DNA of 64,000 bases. It comes from Candidatus Undivivens industriae (GTDB taxonomy: Bacteria > Omnitrophota > Gorgyraeia > Gygaellales > Profunditerraquicolaceae). Each line of letters begins with the position of its first letter. Positions within the stretch are counted from its first letter, which is position 1. The translations under genes were made by a program, and so were the position numbers. The notes under the pieces were generated by a model. That model had not been told where the DNA came from, did no database searches, and saw nothing but the letters and a program-made list of their open reading frames with translations. Location of the stretch: contig JAAYZR010000006.1 in the NCBI GenBank assembly GCA_012514745.1, positions 37,889 to 101,888 on the forward strand, in the 5' to 3' direction. This document shows, in pieces, positions 9,319 through 17,948 of this stretch.

Positions 9319-9792
9319 TTATCCTTCTTTACCGTATTTCGAAACTATTTCCATTACCTGCCCCTTGGAAACCTTGCCGTAAACCTTGTCGTCCACCATC
9401 AACACCGGAGCAAGCCCGCAGCACCCCAGGCACCTGACGACGTCGAGATGAAAAAGCCCGTCCTTGGTCGTCTCGCCTTCTTTTACGGAGAGAATGCTCT
9501 TGACCTCTTCCAATATGACCGGAGCGCCTTTAAGATAACAGGCTGTCCCCAGGCAGACGGATATCCTGTGCTTCCCCGGAGGTTCAAGCTTGAAATAATT
9601 GTAAAAGGTGATGACCTCGTAGATACGGGCAAGCGGAATTTCCAACAGGCGGGACAATTGCAACGACACTTCTCTCGGAACATACCCGAAATGATTCTGC
9701 ACGGCGTGCAGCAGCATGATCAGGTTGCCTTCTTTGCCCTTCCAGTCCTCTACGATGGGTTTGAGCTGTTCCAGGATATGTTCTGAACACAT
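9319..9792 (-). CDS. hydC: NuoE/HydC-like [2Fe-2S] subunit of [FeFe] hydrogenase
   Basis: The ORF from internal MCSEHILEQLKP has the NuoE fold motifs CLGTACYLKGAP and [24 protein letters not shown] lies before this ATG. The upstream 34-codon extension in the ORF track is judged spurious. Confidence 0.8.
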   Translation of the reverse strand: MCSEHILEQLKPIVEDWKGKEGNLIMLLHAVQNHFGYVPREVSLQLSRLLEIPLARIYEVITFYNYFKLEPPGKHRISVCLGTACYLKGAPVILEEVKSILSVKEGETTKDGLFHLDVVRCLGCCGLAPVLMVDDKVYGKVSKGQVMEIVSKYGKEG

Positions 9793-9833
9793 ATTTAAAG
9801 GCCCTTTCCGAAAACGGCGCCCGGTCCTTGAGT

Positions 9834-9907
9834 GAAAAAAATAAATACACCTGTGGCCTTGAACAGATGCGCCGTAAACGCTTGTTCCGGCCACACGTCG
9901 TTGTGTG
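9834..9907 (-). terminator. Attenuator-like element in the hydC leader: antiterminator CACAC-AACGAC-GUGUG overlapping a terminator hairpin UGUGGCC..GGCCACA followed by a U-tract
   Basis: Minus-strand RNA: 7-bp GC stem (UGUGGCC/GGCCACA) plus an inner 5-bp stem (GAACA/UGUUC), then GGUGUAUUUAUUUUUUUCAC, about 40 nt before the hydC ATG. The upstream CACAC/GUGUG hairpin shares 4 nt with the terminator 5' arm. Confidence 0.45.
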
Positions 9908-9987
9908 AAATTCGACTATTGCAACGGATAAACATCCGGCAGGACTGAGGCGCGGCTTCGCAGTTGCGCGCTGCCGCGTTAGCTTTT

Positions 9988-10015
9988 ATATTATCACAAC
10001 GGGCTGTGCTGTCAA
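9988..10015 (-). promoter_or_regulatory. Sigma70-type promoter of the hydCDBA operon (TTGACA-16nt-TAATAT)
   Basis: The minus strand reads TTGACAGCACAGCCCGTTGTGATAATAT. Near-consensus -35 and -10 with TGn. Predicts a ~190-nt leader. Confidence 0.55.
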
Positions 10016-10049
10016 CAATTTTCGTGCCGCCGAAGAAAAGCGCGGAGTT

Positions 10050-10730
10050 TTACTTGCGCGCCCAGAGCTTTTCTATGAAATCGCCGGCGATCCTTCCTAT
10101 TATATCCTTGCATCCCAGCCCAATGGCAATAGCCAATCCAAGGCCCAGAGAAGCCAGAATTATACCGACTGTCAACTCGACGATACGGGCGCCGATATTG
10201 AGATGATCCATAGCCAAGGCTATAACGAAGATCATCACGGTGACCTCCACTATACGGCTCAAAAGACGCCCTTCCGAAAGGCCGGCGTTATTGGCTGCCG
10301 CGGAGACCATGTTCTTCAACAGATTGGATATAAATATCCCGACTACGAAGATAAATACCGCCGCTATCACGTTGGGGATATATAATATGACGCGGTTAAG
10401 AAGATCCACCGCCACCGTCAAACCGACCGCGTTGATCGCAAGCATAAGGGTTACCAGCATAGACAGCCAGTAACAAAGCACCCCCATCAGTTCCGATAGG
10501 GAATACTTGATGCCGCCTTTGGCCAGCAGGCCGTCCATACCCACTTTATCCGAAAGAATATCCAGTTTCACTCCGCGCAGACCGCGCGTCACGGCGGCCT
10601 TTATGCCCCGCGAGACTATCCACCCTACAAACAGTATCAGGACCACAATGAAGACATTCACGAGCAGATGGCCGACCTCGACAATGATCGTCTTTGCCGG
10701 TTCCAGCAACAAAGCTTTCCATCCTTCCAT
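10050..10730 (-). CDS. Integral membrane protein with repeated TM helices (possibly mechanosensitive-channel-related)
   Basis: 226 aa, 5-6 hydrophobic segments. AAGGAGG RBS 7 nt before the ATG. No confident family assignment. Confidence 0.5.
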   Translation of the reverse strand: MEGWKALLLEPAKTIIVEVGHLLVNVFIVVLILFVGWIVSRGIKAAVTRGLRGVKLDILSDKVGMDGLLAKGGIKYSLSELMGVLCYWLSMLVTLMLAINAVGLTVAVDLLNRVILYIPNVIAAVFIFVVGIFISNLLKNMVSAAANNAGLSEGRLLSRIVEVTVMIFVIALAMDHLNIGARIVELTVGIILASLGLGLAIAIGLGCKDIIGRIAGDFIEKLWARK

Positions 10731-11027
10731 GTTTATTCCTCCTTAATGGGCGCATAACTCTCTTAAACGCCTGCAAGGCGTAAGTATGAGTTGACTGCGC
10801 GAAGTAATCCCGAAACGCGCACAGGAAATTTTGCAAAAATCTCCAAACATATGCGCAAAGGGCCTATTGGGCATAACTTAGCACAACACAAAACTAAAGT
10901 AAAGCCATTTCTTTGCTTAAAGTCTAAAGCTAAATTAAGAAATCGGTGGGCGTTAGGTTCCGGGTTCTTAAAGGACATGCCAACTGCAGAAATTTCCGGT
11001 TTTCAAGCCGAAGAGCTTCATTGCGGT

Positions 11028-11822
11028 TCAGGATAGTCTCATCATCATCCCGTCCTTGGCCGCGAGCACCGGTATGCCGCAGCGGTCGGACAATTCGTCG
11101 GCGGCGCGGCGGGGGTCTTTCTTGAGCATGGTCATGCCGAAATGAGTGAGTACAGCCCGGCCCGGCCTGCATTCTCTCAGCACGTGCTCCACGTCGGCCA
11201 GGCTTAAATGTTCAATGCCGGGGCGCGGCTCGGCAAGAACGACGGACACTATCAGTATGTCCACCCCGCCGTAAAAAGCCTCCAGGCCTTTAAAATAACC
11301 GGTGTCGGCAAGGAAAGCGGCGTTTCTGCCGCCCGCGGAGAATTTAATACCGTAAGTCTCCGCCGGATGGCGGTGGCGCATGGACGTATGGAATGTGAAT
11401 CCTCCGGCATTGTAGGATTTCAACGGAGAGAGCATCTCGATGCGTTCAGGGGCGCCGCGCAGGTATTCCAGTATTACGGGATCGGTCGAAACGGCGTCGG
11501 GAGGACAGAACACCGCTCCTCTCTTCCGGAAGCCGCCTTCGGTCATCGCCTCGATCATAACATTTATGTCCCCGGAATGATCGAGATGCCGGTGCGTAAG
11601 TATAATGCCGTTCAGTTTGGAGGGGTTCAGTCTGGGCCTGCTTGAGGTGCAGCGCACCAGGCTTCCCGGACCGGGGTCGATCAAAACGTCGTTCCCTCCG
11701 GAATGGACCCAGATGCCGCCGGAGGAGCGCACCTGCTTGATCATCACGAAACGGGCCCCTGCCGTACCGAGAAACTTTATGTAATCGCCGCCGTCCTTCA
11801 TTCTTCCTTCTTCTTGAGCCAT
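11028..11822 (-). CDS. MBL-fold metallo-hydrolase
   Basis: 264 aa with THRHLDHSGD (HxHxDH) motif. Confidence 0.8.
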   Translation of the reverse strand: MAQEEGRMKDGGDYIKFLGTAGARFVMIKQVRSSGGIWVHSGGNDVLIDPGPGSLVRCTSSRPRLNPSKLNGIILTHRHLDHSGDINVMIEAMTEGGFRKRGAVFCPPDAVSTDPVILEYLRGAPERIEMLSPLKSYNAGGFTFHTSMRHRHPAETYGIKFSAGGRNAAFLADTGYFKGLEAFYGGVDILIVSVVLAEPRPGIEHLSLADVEHVLRECRPGRAVLTHFGMTMLKKDPRRAADELSDRCGIPVLAAKDGMMMRLS

Positions 11823-12283
11823 AATCTGCCGAGTTCCTCGTTGATGCGTTCGCGCTGTACCGGCGTAACCTGACGCTGCTCTTCTTTTTCCCTGTTATGC
11901 GGGCCCTTCTTAGGGCCGGCGGCAAGAAAATCCGCGGGATCCATTACCTGGGCTCCGCAGGCGCGCACGGCCGAAACTATCCTTCCGTCGGCAGAGACCA
12001 CGCAGAACGAACGCGGGCGCGAAGAGGAAGCCACCCGGGAGATGATCTCGTCATCGGCGCTGCGATCGCCGGAAAACACTACGTGCACCGCTGAATAAGG
12101 CGACTGCCAGCCGAAAGAAGGCGGGTAGCCGTCGAAAAAAACTTCCACCCGGTTGTTGATACTGCCGCAAAGCCTGCGGTTGACGATACAGGAAAGAAGC
12201 GCGTTGCGCTCGTCGTTTCCGGAGCCGGTAAAAGCCGGGTGCCGGACAACGTTATATCCGTCGATAAGATAATGCCGGGACAT
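11798..12283 (-). CDS. YacP/Rae1-like NYN (PIN-like) domain protein
   Basis: 161 aa. The N-terminus HYLIDGYNV and overall layout match the YacP family. Overlaps the MBL gene by 25 nt. Confidence 0.6.
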   Translation of the reverse strand: MSRHYLIDGYNVVRHPAFTGSGNDERNALLSCIVNRRLCGSINNRVEVFFDGYPPSFGWQSPYSAVHVVFSGDRSADDEIISRVASSSRPRSFCVVSADGRIVSAVRACGAQVMDPADFLAAGPKKGPHNREKEEQRQVTPVQRERINEELGRLWLKKKEE

Positions 12284-12400
12284 ATAAGGACAGATGCTGG
12301 GTGTCAGGTGCTGGTTTTTAGAAGATGAAGCCCGCTCTTAATTTCGGCGCGCATAATGTTTGAAGCCGCATATCCCGTGTTTTGTGCCTCATTCTCGGCT

Positions 12401-13300
12401 CTACAGGCCGATCTCCATACCCGTCAGGCGGCTGCAGGCCTCGAGATACTTGAGGCCCGTTTTTTCTATGATCTCCGGGGGCAGGGACGGGACTGTGGAG
12501 GGGGTTTTGTCCCAGTTAAGCCCTTCCAGGTAATCGCGCACGAACTGCTTGTCGAAGCTCGGCTGGGGGCCGCCGGGTTTATAAATATCCGCCGGCCAGA
12601 AACGCGAAGAATCCGGGGTAAGCACCTCGTCTATCAGTATGATTTCTTCTCCGTCGAGGCCGAACTCGAACTTGGTATCGGCTATGATTATCCCCCTGGC
12701 GGCGGCGTATTCCTCCGCGCGGCGGTATATGGAAAGGCTCATTTCCTCCAGGCTGTAAGCGGTCTTCTCTCCGAGCATTTTTCGCACGTAATCCACGCTG
12801 ACGTTTTCGTCGTGCCCGCTCTCGGCTTTGGTCGAAGGGGTGAAGATCGGGGCAGGAAGCTTTTCCGATTCTTTCAGCCCTGCGGGAAGTTTTACACCGC
12901 AGATGGAACCGCTCTTTTTATATTCTTTCCAGCCTGAACCGGAAAGATACCCCCTGACAATGCACTCCACCGGCAGAGGTTTGGTTTTCTTGACCAGCAT
13001 AGACCGGCCGAAGAGCTCTTGCGCGTAACGGCCCAGAGACTGCGGATAACCGGAAACATCCGCGGAAATAAAATGGTGTTTCACGGTTTCTGCCAGAAAA
13101 GAAAACCAGAAAAGAGAGACGGCGGTGAGCACTTTTCCTTTGCCGGGTATCCCCTCTTTCAGCACCACGTCGAAACAAGAGATGCGGTCGGTGGAAACTA
13201 CCAGCAGGCGGCCGCCGAGATCGTAAACATCCCGGACCTTGCCTCTCCTGAACAAAGGCAATTCCTTATAATCGGTAGACAACAATGCCCGCTCTCCCAT
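12401..13300 (-). CDS. purC: Phosphoribosylaminoimidazole-succinocarboxamide synthase
   Basis: Start from MGERALLS...[13 protein letters not shown] (PurC signature). The ORF-track N-terminal extension overlaps pckG and is rejected. GGAGGAG RBS. Confidence 0.85.
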   Translation of the reverse strand: MGERALLSTDYKELPLFRRGKVRDVYDLGGRLLVVSTDRISCFDVVLKEGIPGKGKVLTAVSLFWFSFLAETVKHHFISADVSGYPQSLGRYAQELFGRSMLVKKTKPLPVECIVRGYLSGSGWKEYKKSGSICGVKLPAGLKESEKLPAPIFTPSTKAESGHDENVSVDYVRKMLGEKTAYSLEEMSLSIYRRAEEYAAARGIIIADTKFEFGLDGEEIILIDEVLTPDSSRFWPADIYKPGGPQPSFDKQFVRDYLEGLNWDKTPSTVPSLPPEIIEKTGLKYLEACSRLTGMEIGL

Positions 13301-13325
13301 CGCTCCTCCGCCCGCTGTTCCGCAA

Positions 13326-15134
13326 CTATTTACCGGTTCCGGCCTTGCCGCCGGTAAGCCTCTTGTGCAAAGCGTAATACTCCTGCCACAATTCTTCCGG
13401 CAGGTCGTCGCCAAAGGTCTTGAAGAATTCCTTTATACCCTTAAGTTCCTCAAGCCAGTCCTTCCTGTTGACCGCCAGCAGTTTTTTAATCGCCCCTTCC
13501 GCGAGGTTAAGCTTGGTCATATCGATGTCCTTAGGCCGCGGGAGGTAACCGATCGGGGTCTTTTGACAGCCTACCGTGCCGTTGCATCTGTCCAGTATCC
13601 ATTCCAGCACGCGCAGGTTCTCTCTGTATCCCGGCCAGAGGAATTTTCCATCCGCCCCGGTGCGGAACCAGTTCACGTGGAATATCCTGGGCGCCTTGGA
13701 CATTATCTTCCCCATATTCAGCCAATGCCTGAAGTAATGCCCCATATTGTATCCGCAGAACGGGAGCATCGCCATGGGATCGCGGCGCACCTCTCCCTGC
13801 TTGCCGTATTGAGCGGCGGTACGCTCCGAACCCATAGTGGCCCCGGCAAAAACACCGTGCCTCCAGTTGAAAGTTTCGTAAACCAGGGGCGCCAGGTGCT
13901 GTCTTCTTCCGCCGAAAACTACGGCGCTGATAGGCACGCCGTGATGATGTTCCAGCCTGAAAGTCGCGGAAGGGCACTGCGCCACGGGAGTGGTGAACCT
14001 GCTGTTGGGATGCGCCCCCAGCACCGGCCTGCCGTCCGCATCCTGCGCTCCGCGCTTCCACGGTCTCCCCTGCCAGTCTATTCCGGACTCCGGGACCTCG
14101 CCGTCCGCGCCCTCCCACCAGACGGTACCGTCAGGCTTGAGAAGGACGTTCGTGAAGATAGTGTTGCGCGTGATAGTCTGCACCATATTGGGATTGGTCT
14201 TGCTGTTCGTCCCGGGAGCGACGCCGAAAAAACCTGTTTCGGGGTTGACCGCCCATAACGAACCGTCGGTATCCACGCGCATCCAGGCGATGTCGTCTCC
14301 CACGGTCCAGACGCGGTACCCTTTGCGCTTCAGCCCCTCCGGCGGAACGAGCATCGCCAGATTGGTCTTGCCGCAGGCGCTGGGAAAAGCCGCCGCGATG
14401 TATTGGATCTGCCCGTTGGGGCGCTCGACGCCCATTATCAGCATATGCTCGGCAAGCCAGCCTTCTTTCTCCGCCATATGGCTGGCGATACGCAGGGAAA
14501 GACATTTCTTGCCGAGAAGAACGTTGCCGCCGTAACCGGAGCCGACGCTCCAGATAATGTTATCCTCGGGGAAATGCAGGATCAGCCGCCTTTCTATATT
14601 CAAATCCGCCTTGGAATGCAGGCATTTTGTGAAATCTTTATTTTTTCCCAGAAAATTAAGCACGGGCAGTCCGACCCTGGTCATTATTATCATGTTCAGG
14701 ACCACATATATCGAATCCGTCAGTTCCACCCCCACCTTGCTGAAAGGAGACCCCACGGGCCCCATCGAGAAAGGTATGACGTACATAGTGCGCCCCGACA
14801 TCGCTCCGGTGAAGATACCGCGCGCTTTATCATAAGCCTGCTGCGGCGGCATCCAGTTATTGATAGGCCCGGCGTCATGCTGCTTGCGCGTGCAGATAAA
14901 AGTAAGATGCTCTGTGCGCGCCACGTCGTTGGGGTTGGTACGGTGCAGAAAACAGCCCGGCAGTTCTTTGGGATTAAGCGGTATTATGTCGCCCATGGCC
15001 GCCGATTTGCTTTCCAGAGTTTTCTTCTGCTCCTGGCTCCCGTCTATCAACACGATGTCGTCCGGCCTGCACATAGCGGCCATCTCCGCGACCCAGTCGT
15101 TGAGCCCTTTATGTTCGAAAGTTATCCTGCCCAT
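13326..15134 (-). CDS. pckG: Phosphoenolpyruvate carboxykinase (GTP)
   Basis: 602 aa. [13 protein letters not shown] kinase-1a motif and overall GTP-PEPCK architecture. Confidence 0.9.
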   Translation of the reverse strand: MGRITFEHKGLNDWVAEMAAMCRPDDIVLIDGSQEQKKTLESKSAAMGDIIPLNPKELPGCFLHRTNPNDVARTEHLTFICTRKQHDAGPINNWMPPQQAYDKARGIFTGAMSGRTMYVIPFSMGPVGSPFSKVGVELTDSIYVVLNMIIMTRVGLPVLNFLGKNKDFTKCLHSKADLNIERRLILHFPEDNIIWSVGSGYGGNVLLGKKCLSLRIASHMAEKEGWLAEHMLIMGVERPNGQIQYIAAAFPSACGKTNLAMLVPPEGLKRKGYRVWTVGDDIAWMRVDTDGSLWAVNPETGFFGVAPGTNSKTNPNMVQTITRNTIFTNVLLKPDGTVWWEGADGEVPESGIDWQGRPWKRGAQDADGRPVLGAHPNSRFTTPVAQCPSATFRLEHHHGVPISAVVFGGRRQHLAPLVYETFNWRHGVFAGATMGSERTAAQYGKQGEVRRDPMAMLPFCGYNMGHYFRHWLNMGKIMSKAPRIFHVNWFRTGADGKFLWPGYRENLRVLEWILDRCNGTVGCQKTPIGYLPRPKDIDMTKLNLAEGAIKKLLAVNRKDWLEELKGIKEFFKTFGDDLPEELWQEYYALHKRLTGGKAGTGK

Positions 15135-15138
15135 AAGT

Positions 15139-16053
15139 TCAACCTTTCTTCAATAAATATTTGTGCGCGGAATCTGCGGCCGCCGCCGCTTCTCCGCAGG
15201 CGTTAACCACCTGATAGAGGCTCTTGCTCACGCAATCGCCGCAGGCGAAAACCCCTTCCCGAGAGGTTTCCATACCGCGGCCCGTGATTATAAAACCGTT
15301 TTCATCGATTTGCAGATGGTTGCGCAGGAAAGATGTGTTCGGCTGTATCCCCACGAAGATAAAAACACCCCGGCAGGAAAGAGAACTCTTTTCACCGCTG
15401 GAGGTATCCTTCAAGGAAACCGCTTCCACAAGATTCCTGCCCTCAATCTCTTCCAGCACCGCATTATAACGGAATTTTAGTCCCGCCCGCACCTTTGCCT
15501 TTTCCTGGAGGATCCCGGCGGCGCGCAGTTCGGAACGCCGGTGCACCACGGTGACGGAAGAGGCGTAATCGCAAAGGAATATGGCTTCTTCCAGCGCTTT
15601 GTCGCCGCCGCCCACCACAACCACGTCCTTACCGCGGAAAAAAGGCGCGTCGCAGGTGGCGCAATACGAGACTCCCCTGCCGGTCAATTCTTTTTCGCCT
15701 TTGACGCCCAGCCTCTTAGGCGCGGCCCCGCAGGCGATGATCAGACTACGCGCGCTGAACCGTCCCTCCATGGTCTCAATATTAACCGCCCCGCTGTCGA
15801 AAGAAACCCCGCCGGCTTCAGCGGTCTGGAAAACGACACCCGTGTCCGCGGCCTGTTGGCGGAATTTTTCCATCAATTCCGCGGTCCCTATCCCGCCCGG
15901 ATAACCGGGATAGTTCTCTATGCTCGCGGAAAGAAGTATCTGACCTCCGGGAGCGGATTTCTCCAAAACCAGAGTGTCCATCCTGTAACGCCCGGCGTAA
16001 ATCGCCGCGGTCAGCCCCGCGGGGCCGGCCCCCAATATGATCAGATCACGCAC
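15139..16053 (-). CDS. trxB: Thioredoxin-disulfide reductase
   Basis: 304 aa. GAGPAG FAD motif, CATCDAPFF redox-active CxxC, second GGGDKALEEA NADPH motif. Confidence 0.85.
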   Translation of the reverse strand: MRDLIILGAGPAGLTAAIYAGRYRMDTLVLEKSAPGGQILLSASIENYPGYPGGIGTAELMEKFRQQAADTGVVFQTAEAGGVSFDSGAVNIETMEGRFSARSLIIACGAAPKRLGVKGEKELTGRGVSYCATCDAPFFRGKDVVVVGGGDKALEEAIFLCDYASSVTVVHRRSELRAAGILQEKAKVRAGLKFRYNAVLEEIEGRNLVEAVSLKDTSSGEKSSLSCRGVFIFVGIQPNTSFLRNHLQIDENGFIITGRGMETSREGVFACGDCVSKSLYQVVNACGEAAAAADSAHKYLLKKG

Positions 16054-16912
16054 CGCCCGCCTCCTTGAATAAGGTTTCCGCCATGAACGAACTACGCACC
16101 AGCGGGCCGGAGAAAACAGCCTTGAACCCTATCTCCCGCGCCGCGTCTTCCAACGCGCGGAAGCGCTCCGGAACGACGAACTCCGCGACCGGAAAGGCCG
16201 CGCCGGAAGGAGCTATGTATTGTCCGAGAGTCACCATATCGCATCCATTATCTTTAAGCAGGCGCAAAGCATCCAGCACTTCGGGCGTTTTCTCTCCCAT
16301 ACCGAGCATAAGGGAGGATTTAGTCAGGATCCCCGGTTGCCGCGTCTTTATCCTTCTGAAAAGCGCAAGAGAAAAACCCGGATCGCTCCCGGGTTTGACC
16401 CGCTTGAACAACGCCGGCACGGTCTCAATGTTATGCCCTATAACCTCGGGCTTTTGCTCAAGCACAAGATCAAGCGCGGCAAAAGAACGTCCGAAATCCG
16501 GAATCAGCAGTTCCACGCGCGTGCCGGAAGCCGACTCCCGCAGGTTCCTGACGGCCGCGGCGAAAACCGAAGCCCCGCCGTCGGGAAGGTCGTCCCTGGT
16601 AACGGAAGTGATCACCGCGTATTTGATCCCGAGACGCGAAACAGCGGCGGCCACGCGCCCCGGCTCGAGCCGGTCCTGCGGCTCCCGTTCCGCGGGACGG
16701 AGCGCGATGTCGCAAAAAGCGCACCGCCTTGTGCAGCGTCTGCCCAGGATAAGAAAAGACAACTGCCGTCTTGAAAAACAAACTCCTGTGTTCGGACAGG
16801 CCGCCTCCCGGCAGACGGTATTCACCCGGAGTTCAGAGAGCGTTCCGGAAAAATCCTGAGAACTCCGGACGGGCAAAGGCTGGCGAAGCCATTCCGGCAG
16901 CCTGTTAATCAT
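16046..16912 (-). CDS. lipA: Lipoyl synthase
   Basis: 288 aa. CREAACPN...C auxiliary-cluster motif plus CTRRCAFC radical-SAM motif. Confidence 0.85.
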   Translation of the reverse strand: MINRLPEWLRQPLPVRSSQDFSGTLSELRVNTVCREAACPNTGVCFSRRQLSFLILGRRCTRRCAFCDIALRPAEREPQDRLEPGRVAAAVSRLGIKYAVITSVTRDDLPDGGASVFAAAVRNLRESASGTRVELLIPDFGRSFAALDLVLEQKPEVIGHNIETVPALFKRVKPGSDPGFSLALFRRIKTRQPGILTKSSLMLGMGEKTPEVLDALRLLKDNGCDMVTLGQYIAPSGAAFPVAEFVVPERFRALEDAAREIGFKAVFSGPLVRSSFMAETLFKEAGGA

Positions 16913-17106
16913 GCGGACATCTTTTTAAAATTGGAGACGGAACGATCGTAAGTCTTCTCCGCCTGCGGCGTAAAAAAACAACCCGGGATTTCCTTGCGGG
17001 CGCGGTGATAAGCGACGCACTCGCAGCAAAGCCCCCTGCGGCCGCATCCCGGATAACTACAGGCGCAGTTTGCGCTGTTCCTCTTCCGGTTCAGGCAGTC
17101 TGTCAT
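16909..17106 (-). CDS. Small cysteine-rich protein (9 Cys in 65 aa; CxC-x3-PxC-x6-CCxC-x3-H ... PGC), translationally coupled to lipA
   Basis: The stop overlaps the lipA ATG (ATGA). Resembles 'cysteine-rich small domain' zinc or Fe-S binding proteins. Overlaps the def 3' end by 50 nt, so the start is uncertain. Confidence 0.4.
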   Translation of the reverse strand: MTDCLNRKRNSANCACSYPGCGRRGLCCECVAYHRARKEIPGCFFTPQAEKTYDRSVSNFKKMSA

Positions 17107-17605
17107 TCTCGGACCTCCGGTAAAGTTCGGCCAACTTTTTTTTCAGGCGCACTTTGTCAAATAAAGAAGCGTAATCCACTATCATGCGGCCCCTGAGATG
17201 GTCTATCTCGTGCTGGAAGACACAGGCAAGAAGGCCTTCGGCAGTTATGGTTACCGGATTAAAATCCTGGTCGAGCGCCCTAAGCGTTATTTTTCGGGCC
17301 CGGTTCACGTTCACCGATACCCCGGGAAGGCTCAAACACCCCTCTTCGAGGGACTGCTTGCCCTCCCTGCGGATTATCCGGGGGTTGATCAACTTATAAA
17401 GCCCGGTTCCTATGTCGGCCACCAGCATAGATTCACCGACGCCTATCTGCGGAGCGGCCAGGCCTATACCGGAATTAGCGTACATAAAACGGGCCATCGC
17501 GCTCAACAACTCGCGGTGCTCGGGCCCCGGAGTCTTGACGGACGCCGCTCTCGCGCGCAGGATTTCGCTGCCGTAGATTTCAATCTTTAAGTCTGTTTTT
17601 TTCAT
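17057..17605 (-). CDS. def: Peptide deformylase
   Basis: [19 protein letters not shown] and HEIDHLRG motifs. Confidence 0.85.
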   Translation of the reverse strand: MKKTDLKIEIYGSEILRARAASVKTPGPEHRELLSAMARFMYANSGIGLAAPQIGVGESMLVADIGTGLYKLINPRIIRREGKQSLEEGCLSLPGVSVNVNRARKITLRALDQDFNPVTITAEGLLACVFQHEIDHLRGRMIVDYASLFDKVRLKKKLAELYRRSENDRLPEPEEEQRKLRL

Positions 17606-17936
17606 CGACGTTGACGATAACCGGTTCTGCCCGCCCGGCAGCGGAATCTTCCAGGGAAACGTAGGTGACGATGATCACCACATCTCCCACCACCGCGCTG
17701 CGCGCCGCGGGACCGTTCAAACAGATCACCCCGGACCCTTTTGCTCCGGGGATGGCGTAAGTCTCCAGACGCTGGCCGTTATTAAGATTGAGGACTTCCA
17801 CTTTTTCGTGGGGGATTATATCGGCCTTGTCCATGAGCAGACGGTCTATGGTAATGCTGCCTTCGTAATTGAGGTTGGCCTCGGTCACCCTGGCCCTGTG
17901 TATCTTCGATTTAAGTACCGTTCTAAACATCTGCAC
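17580..17936 (-). CDS. panD: Aspartate 1-decarboxylase (pyruvoyl-dependent)
   Basis: 118 aa. [23 protein letters not shown] with the Gly-Ser self-cleavage site. Confidence 0.85.
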   Translation of the reverse strand: MQMFRTVLKSKIHRARVTEANLNYEGSITIDRLLMDKADIIPHEKVEVLNLNNGQRLETYAIPGAKGSGVICLNGPAARSAVVGDVVIIVTYVSLEDSAAGRAEPVIVNVDEKNRLKD

Positions 17937-17948
17937 CTTCTCCTATAT

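Noticed and set aside
9793-9894. N-terminal extensions proposed by the ORF track for hydC (to 9894), purC (to 13414), icd (to 28584), fusA (to 51846), rpsQ (to 43482), ackA (to 19082), the pta N-domain (to 21048) and mdh (to 27408)
   Set aside because: The internal starts reproduce the canonical family N-termini, have better RBS spacing, and remove otherwise anomalous overlaps with upstream genes. The track evidently allows alternative start codons.
9988-10005. Rex (redox repressor) operator at the hyd promoter
   Set aside because: Only a single TTGTGA half-site overlaps the -10 region. The partner TTCACAA at the correct spacing is absent. The nearby TTCACAC...GTGTG palindrome has the wrong polarity, so no Rex site is claimed.
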